This document shows, piece after piece, positions 56,540-64,000 of a DNA stretch of 64,000 nt. This DNA is from the human T2T-CHM13v2.0 reference genome, Homo sapiens. How positions within the stretch are numbered: the stretch's first letter is position 1; every line of letters begins with the position of its first letter. Position numbers and translations under genes: made by a program. The notes under the pieces were generated by a model. That model saw nothing but the letters and a program-made list of their open reading frames with translations. It was not told the origin of the DNA and searched no databases. The stretch is from NCBI RefSeq assembly GCF_009914755.1, contig NC_060925.1. One strand, written 5' to 3'.

Positions 56540-58500
56540 ATTTATTTTAATTGCTGTATAGCATTCCATTGCAAGACTATACCACAATTTACTTATCTAT
56601 TCTCCCACTGAAGGATATTTAGTTTATTTCCAACTGTTAAATATTACAAAAATCCCTTAATGATCAGTTTTGTCAGTTTCTCCAAGTACATATATGAGAG
56701 TGTCTAGTGAAATACCGACGAATGGGATTGTCAGGTCATGGAGTAGGAGTGCCTTCAAGTTTACTAAATTGCCAAGTTGCTGTCTCCAAAGTCACTGCAA
56801 AAACATCTACTCTTGTCAGTATTTTGTGAAAGTTACTATTGTTCTACAATCTCAACACTTGGACATTATCAAAAATTGAAATTTCAATTTTTGATACATG
56901 GAAAATTGTATCTCACCGTTGTTCTAATTTTTATTCCCAAGATTGTTGGTGAGGTTGTATATCTCTTCTTACTTCTCTTGGCCAACACAGAGGTTTCCTT
57001 CTCTGTGAATTCTGTATATGTCTTTTGCCCCTTTTTCTAGTGGGTCACTTGTCTTATTTCGTTAATTTGTAGTTTGTCTTGAATTTTTGTATTCAAATCC
57101 TTTGTCGGCTATATGCTTTGCAAAATTCTTCCCACCTGTGGCTTCTCTTTTTGCTTTGTTTTATGGCACCGTTTATTATATGGTGTACTAGTTTCTTCAT
57201 GCTACTTTGACAAATTACCACAAACTTAGTGACTAAATCAGAAAATGTATTATCTTCTAGTTCTGGAGGTCAGAAGTCTGACTTGGCTTACACTGGCTTA
57301 AAATCAAGATGTGGGCTGGGCTGCATTCCTGCGGGGAATCAATTTCCTTGCTTTTTCAGCTTCTGGGTGCCTACATTTCCCGGCTTGTGGCCTCTCCCTC
57401 CATCTTCAAAGCCGGCTACATAGAATCTCTCACTCTGACACTCCTGCTCCTCCTTTTTCAGGATATTGGGCCAAAAGTATTAAATAGTTCACTTTCCTAC
57501 CAATCTGCTATGACATCTTTATCATATAGCCAGCTTTCATAAATGCATGGGTTTGCTTCTGAGCTCCGTCTTATGTTCTTTTAATTATTTATACCCTTGT
57601 TTCTCAAAGTGTGGTCCATGAACCAGCAGCACCAGCATCACCTGGCAGCTTGTTAGGTCTCAAGCCCCTCCCCAGACCTTCTTAATAAAGGATCTGTGGT
57701 TCACAAGATCTCCACAAGAGTCACAGTTGGAGCATGAAAGTTTGAGAAGCCCTGGTCTACCTGATGCTTTTGAAATCTTAAATAATATAACTTTATATCA
57801 AGTATCAATACTTAGTAAGTCAAGTTCCCTCTTCGTTCTTCTTCGTGTAAAATTCATAGTTTAACTCGGGAAGGATTGGAAATCTTATAATAATCTAAGT
57901 TCATAAGTTTGTCATATTTCTTCACTTATTTAGGTCTTTTTAAATGGTTTTCAGTAAATTCTGATAATTTTCTTTACAGGGGTCTTGCTTAACTCTTGTT
58001 GTGGGTTTTATGCATACGAGCCTTATAGATTTTGTTGCTGTTGAAGATGGTGTTTTTAAAAATTACCTTTTCTAATTGGTGCAGATATATTGGATTACAA
58101 TGTGTATATTGATCTAGCAACCTGGCAGACAGTTTTTATTAGGGCTAATAGTGTTTCTGTAGACTCTCTTGGCCTTGTCTTTTTTGTAGATAGTAAAATT
58201 GCCCGTGAATAATAATAGCTTTGTTCCTTTTTTTCCTGTCTTTTCAACTTTATTATTCTTGTGTTAATCCACTAGATAGGATTTTTCAATATAATGATGA
58301 GTAGAAGTAGTGAAGCAGAGATAGTCTTGATCCTAAACTTAAGGGAAAATTATTTTCATATTTTCAACATTAAAAGCAGTAATTTTTTGAGGGATATACT
58401 TTATAAGGCTAGAAAAGTATTCTCTTTTCTCGTTTGCCACAATTTTTATAAAATTAGAAATGGATATTAACTTTTATCAAGTGTGTTTTATGTGTCTACT
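56540..58500 (-). mobile_element. Ancient L1M fragments interrupted by MLT1 (~57184-57455) and MER5A
   Basis: T-rich antisense L1 3'UTR/ORF2 text, e.g. ttattttaattgctgtatagcattccattg and gtcttgatcctaaacttaagggaaa. Confidence 0.6.
57597..57755. mobile_element. MER5A
   Basis: ttctcaaagtgtggtcc...cagcatcacctgg...aaagtttgagaagccctg. Confidence 0.8.
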
Positions 58501-58750
58501 GAATTGCCCAGTATGCATACAAAGTGGGCTGAAAGGGAACCCCTTGCAATGGCAATTATGTTAGACTGGAGAGGCTATGGGGGTTATTTTCATTATTATT
58601 CTGTTTGTAATACAGTTACATTGCTTCCATATTTGAAATACTTCCTTCTTCAGGGTACCCAGTTGGAGTGTTTCAGGATCCAAATGAAATATATTTTTCT
58701 GTACCGAGAATATCAGCCTATTGAGTGATGTTAAGGAAAGGATATCTACA

Positions 58751-59026
58751 GGCCAGGTGCAGTGGCTTATGCCTGTGATCCCAGCACTTTCGGAGGCTGA
58801 GGTGGGCAGATCACCTGAGGTTGGGAGTTTGAGACCAGCCTGACCAACATGGAGAAACCCCATCTCTACTAAAAATACAAAATTAGCCAGGTGTGGTGGC
58901 ATATGCCTGTAATCCCAGCTACTTGGGAGGCTAGGGCAGGAGAATCGCTTGAACCTGGGAGGCCAAGATTGTGCCATTGCACTCCAACCTGGGTGACAAG
59001 AGCGAAATTCCATCTCGAAAAAACAA
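58751..59026 (+). mobile_element. AluSp with a right-arm deletion
   Basis: ctgaccaacatggagaaacc; perfect 18-bp TSD aaggaaaggatatctaca at 58733-58750 and 59027-59044. Confidence 0.95.
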
Positions 59027-59339
59027 AAGGAAAGGATATCTACAAAAATTCAGATCACATAAGCTCTCACATATTTAAAAAGTATTTATTGAACACTAAT
59101 TATATTCCAGACACTGTGCTAGAAGCAAGGATTAAAAAACTGAGCAAGATCAGGCCCCTTTCTCAGAGAGGGAGCATTGTGAGGTGCTTAAAAGTCCTAG
59201 AACCAGAGTAACATTTTACAAGCAGTTGATCTTGCGTAAATTACTTACTTAAGCTCTTTCAGTTTCAATTACCTCATGTGTAAAATGATAATATAAAATA
59301 ATAATAAAGCATTCTAATGAATTTGGCAGTGATTAAGAG

Positions 59340-59810
59340 GTCACTAATATTTCTACTTAAACAATAAGGAAAATATATCTTCTCACATACAAAGAAATTG
59401 TGATACACCTTGGTTGGTTACTCCAATAATCAATGGACTCAAGGACTCAAATATTTTTTATTTCTTGCTTCTGACATTTTCTTTCTGTCTCCTTATTCCC
59501 AGCTAGTTCCCCTCCTGCTTGCAAAAGTATTTACCAAGGTCTCTGCCATCAAGAAACTTTCAAAAAGTGCCTCACCTTCCTCTAACCATTAAACTTCTCT
59601 TCATCGTTCACTGACCAGAATTGTATGAAATGTCCATGCTGAACCTAATCAACTCTAAGAGAAATTAGATCACAGTAATTGGCCCCAACCAATTACTGTG
59701 ATCTAATTTCTCTTAGAGTTGGGAGGTATCTTTCCTTGAGGAAGACCAGTAGACATCCAAACAAAATTAGAGCTCTGACAGCCATGATGAAATGAATGGG
59801 CTATGTGGTA
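59340..59810 (-). mobile_element. Old MLT1 (K/L-like) LTR containing a perfect palindrome
   Basis: cttaaacaataagg...cactgaccagaattgtatgaaatgtccatgctgaacc...aacaaaattagagctctg. Confidence 0.55.
59650..59721. repeat. Perfect inverted repeat: 33-bp arms, 6-nt loop
   Basis: caactctaagagaaattagatcacagtaattgg-ccccaa-ccaattactgtgatctaatttctcttagagttg, checked base by base. Confidence 0.98.
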
Positions 59811-59812
59811 AG

Positions 59813-60843
59813 TGCGGTATTATGACATACATATACTCTGGTTTTCATCCATGGTCCCTGGCTCATAACTCCTAAAGCCCTTGTTGCAGTCTTTTGCTAT
59901 AATGTTGGAGTGCTTCAGGCCTCAGAAGAAGGCCTCAGAAAACAGACTCTCTCTCTCTCTCTGACTTTCTCCTGCCCTCCTTTCCTCCTTTCATCTTCCC
60001 TCACTTTTCTGTCTTGGAGCTGGCCATGAAGAAATTTTCCTGACCTACTTGTCTGATTGTAAACCATAAGATCCTCATTTCAGAAGGGGTCCTGCCCCAT
60101 GCCCAGAAGGAAGGAATGCTGCACACAGAGGCCAAGAAGAATCTGAACAAACAGGCCTTGCTGGGTTTCCCCACTCAGTCTGTTAGCATGAGACCATACT
60201 CTTTTGGTCCAATAGCATTTCTACCTGGTTGTCAATCATGCCTACTCAATGAAGTCTCCATAAAAGACCGAAGAAGACAGGGTTTGGGAAACTTCCAGAA
60301 AAATAAATAGGTAGAGGCTTATAGGAAGGTGAACAAGAACTCATGCACGAGCTGAGAGGGGAGTGCACCCCAGCTCCACGGGGACAGATGCTCCTACACT
60401 CAGGATCCTTCCAGACTCCACCCTGTGTATCTCTTCATCTGGCTGTTGATTTGTATCCTTTAAAATATCCTTTGTAATAAACCAGTAAATGTGTTTCCCT
60501 GAGTTCTATGAGCCACTCTAGCAAATTAATTGAACCCAAAGAGGGGGTTGTGGTAACCCCAACTTGGAGCCAGTTGATGAGTAGTTCTAGAAGCCCAGAC
60601 TTGTGACTGGTGGGAAGGAGGGGGTGCTCTTGTGGGACTGAGCCCTCAACCTGTGGTTACTGACACTATCTCCAGGTGCATAATGCTAGAATTAAATTGA
60701 ACTGGAGGACACCCAGATGATGTCTGCTACAGAATTGCTTGCTTTCTTGGTGTGTGGGGAGAAACCCCCATACATTTGGTCACGGAAATCTTCTGTGTTC
60801 ATTGTCGTGGTGTAAGAACAGAGGAAAATATGTTTTTTCTTCA
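59813..60843 (+). mobile_element. MER21A-like solo LTR
   Basis: ggttttcatccatggtccctggctcataactcc; agaggccaagaagaatctgaac; tatctcttcatctggctgtt; gtaataaacc. Confidence 0.85.
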
Positions 60844-61907
60844 GAGTAGGCACCAACAGAGTAGGGCTTTTAAAAAACTTTAATGAGATAATTTGTGTAA
60901 AGTTCTGGAATGGGACACGATGCGTAGTAAGCACTCAACTAAATGTTAGCTACAAATATTTCCCATGCATTTCACAATTAAATTACGAAGCTTAGCAAGT
61001 TTTCAAAAATACGTTGTTTTATGGTGTCCACTGATGGATGTTAACAAGGTGACCATGGCAGCATGGAGGAGGAGCCTCTCTGTTATGGAGAGAGGAATGG
61101 AAAAAATCAGGAATTGGGGAAGAGTCCATCAGGAGAGGCTTCTCAGTAGGAGATGTTCTTCAGCTGAATCTTGAAAGACAAATTGGAGTGAGCAGGGCAT
61201 GGGTCTAGGGACTTACCAGTCCTCCTCGCATGTGAAAATGCCTGGGGGCAGGGACTGGCCAGAAGGAGACAGAAAATCTTCAGAGAAGAGTGTGCCTGGA
61301 GGGCAGGGGCTTCCTAAAACAGGATATGTCTTAGACCAGTTGATCTTAAGCACATGCTGAAGCATATTTTCTTGCCAGCAAAGAAACCAGCAAGGTGACA
61401 AAAGAGTGTGCTGGTCCAGGGGGGGTTACACAATTGGGAAAAAGAATCTATCATAAGTAGCCAGTTTTTCAAGTGAGAAAGATTGTAAGTTCATTTCAGA
61501 AGGTCATAATTTCAGGTGCATACTGGTTATACCTCAGGACAGTTGTGGCAGGACAGTCTATGAGGCCAGGTGTGCTGACCATCAGGAAAAAAAAAGGGGG
61601 TGAGTGGAAGACCTGGCATATTTAAGAAGCAAATGATAAGGATTCATTTCTGTCTGCTTTTGGAAGGCCAGGTTGCATGGGATGGGGCCAGCTGACAGAT
61701 GAGCAGGAGGCAGGGGTGACTGTTAGGACACCCACAGGGCATGAATATGAGGGGAGGGTCAGGGCTGGGCTTCAAGTTCTCACTTGAAACAAGTCATACC
61801 TCATGATTTGTTTCATTCAAGCTGCAAAGATGGGAAATGCAGTTCGTCCATGGCTTAATTTTGGATAACCGTTTTTCTCCCTAAAAATGAAAAGCAGGTG
61901 GGAATCC

Positions 61908-62380
61908 TGAAAGAGTCAATCCTTCAAGATGATGCCTCAGTGGCTAACTGAGCCTAAATTCAAAATAGAGCCAAGTGGCCATTTGCTGACTAGAGGTCAC
62001 ATATGTAGTCTGCATTATCAGAAAACTCCCAGACTCACTTAACTTTGGGGCTTTCATAACTGTCTGTCTCCGTTCATGGTCACCCAGATCAACCAACAGA
62101 CCTGAATTGACCAATCAGAATTCAACAAGTGTTGATCAATCGAACTCAGCAGGCATCAGCCAATCAAAACTAAGCAAGTTTGCATCCTTCTTTTGCATAA
62201 GCGAACCAGAATGGGAACCTGGGCAAAAACTTTTTTTATAATAGATAACCCCTCTTTTTTATCTCTTTTAATGCACTTTCGTTTTGTACCAAAGACTTCT
62301 TCTCCTTGGTTTACAAACTGTTTCCTGAAATGAAGTCTCTTGATTTTTGTTAAAAAAAAATCTTTTTTAGTGGATTTACA
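61908..62380 (+). mobile_element. MER67-like ERV1 solo LTR
   Basis: tgaaagagtcaatccttcaagatg...ggctaactgagcctaaattcaaaatagagccaag...ccatttgctgactagaggtcaca; repeated CCAAT boxes. Confidence 0.75.
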
Positions 62381-64000
62381 GACACAGGCCATATGTGGTG
62401 CCAGGGGGTTGGGAAAAGTAGGGGAGTTGAAATTTATTCTGAAAGTTGAAGGGAACCACTGCTGAGTTGTAAGACTCACTCTCTGAGGTCTAACCCCCTT
62501 CTCAGAGGCCTGAAAAATCCTACCATTAATACCCAGAAGCAAGACAAACAACATGCCTGGTGGTGCAATTTTTTTTATTGTGATAAAGCAACTCATCTAT
62601 ACTTTTAAACACCTGTATGAAGGGACCTGATATGTGGAAACTGTTTTTCAATAAGAACCTGCAAACAACTCATCTTAAATATCCAATTTTGTCAAGTCCA
62701 AAGCAGAACTTGTGTTTCCCTTCTTCAGGACCTGTGACTGCTGGTTCTTCTCTGATCTCCACCAGTCCAGCCTCCCTCTGAAGGTGGTGGCAACCAGAAA
62801 GTACCTGGACTTTGACAGCACCCACTTCTGGTTCAGCTTGCTCTAGGCCAAAAAGGGCAGCTCCTTCTGAACTCTCTCCAAAAAGAGGCATCCTGCCAAG
62901 ACAGAATGTTCCAACTCTGCTACACCCAGGAGATAAAACAACCAATATGTTTGAAGGAAGCAGCAATCGCGGGAGGGAAAGTAAATAATTTTATATCGGC
63001 TTGGTCAGCTGGAAGTTGAGAATGAAGTGAGACTGCCTCCCGCCCTCCCCCGGAGCTGTGAGCCTCCTGTGCACCTTGGCCAACCCTCTGTCCCCACGTC
63101 TGCCAGGGCACCTCACATAGCGCCTCATGTTCTGGTGCCCAGTCTGCCTCTCTGAGCTCCCAGAGGGCACCATCCTCTTTCAAAGGCCTTGCAATGGCAG
63201 TGACCGGGGACTCGGACAGCAAGGCCTAGGGAAGAACTCTTCCCTCTCATCATTCTTCTCTACCCCTCAAACTCATATCTTTCAAAGCTCAGAGTAGAAG
63301 AGAAAGTTCAGAAGAAAGTAAACTGCTGTGGCTAAGAAGTTATGAACATCCTCTCAGGATGTCGTCCACTTCTTTCATCTCATCCTTGGGTGGCACCTGA
63401 TTTCTTCCAGCAGCTCACACTTGTTTGGGCCTCTGTACCCGCTGGGTCTGTTTGGCCTGAAATGCTCTGTTGAGACTGTGTGGTGGAAGCTGGAGCAGGT
63501 GCTCCTCGCAGGCACCATAGCATCCTGAGTGTATTTCACATGAAGCACTTATCTCTGCAAATATGACAGGCAATCTGTTTCCTCCACCATCCTGTGCCCT
63601 TCTCAAGGGCAAGAACTGAGTATTATGCATGTTTGTATTTGGGTGCCTTGCACAGTCCCTGCACGGGGTTGGCCCTCAAAATCAAGCTTCTTAGAGTAAA
63701 TGAAACATGAGCAGGAGCGAGGCTGACTCCAGTGGCCAGTGTGCCCCCAGCACCCTGCTAGTTCCTTCTGCATGCCTGTGGGGGCTGGGGGCACAGCAGT
63801 GACAGGCTGAGGCCAGGCTGAGCAGGTCAGAAGCTTGGCCTTTTCCTTCCCTTCAGCTGCCAAAGAGCAACTAGTTAGACTAGTTCCAATTGCCAATGCC
63901 AGGCAAGGCTCTGTGTTCCTCCAATTGTTGGGGTTTTCCTGTTTGGGCCCCTTAAGATGCCACTTGGGAGAGAGAGGGCTCTTCAGCCAGCAGGCTTCTG

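Overview
This is primate intronic or intergenic DNA; an L1PA3-type element suggests a hominoid (human or ape). Roughly half or more is interspersed repeat: about 18 Alu/FLAM/FRAM copies, L1s of several ages, HAL1, L2, L3/CR1, MIR, MaLR/ERVL/ERV1 solo LTRs and hAT DNA transposons. I see no intact protein-coding gene, tRNA, rRNA or CRISPR array. The only long ORF (571 aa) is a disabled L1 ORF2 fragment. I cannot support a new multi-gene system. The best leads are: (1) a perfect 33-bp-arm hairpin inside an ancient MaLR LTR (59650-59721); (2) a 231-bp copy of nearby sequence pasted into an L1MA 3' end (7728-7958, donor 10649-10879); (3) an L1PA3 with a probable ~300-bp 3' transduction and a patchwork 5' junction; (4) a candidate 24-nt microexon (1698-1721); (5) two tandem Alus inside one TSD pair; (6) a possible orphan 3'UTR retrocopy; (7) two homeodomain-motif clusters that may be enhancers. 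Subfamily names come from recalled consensus features, not from RepeatMasker. Boundaries of old repeats are approximate, to tens of bp.
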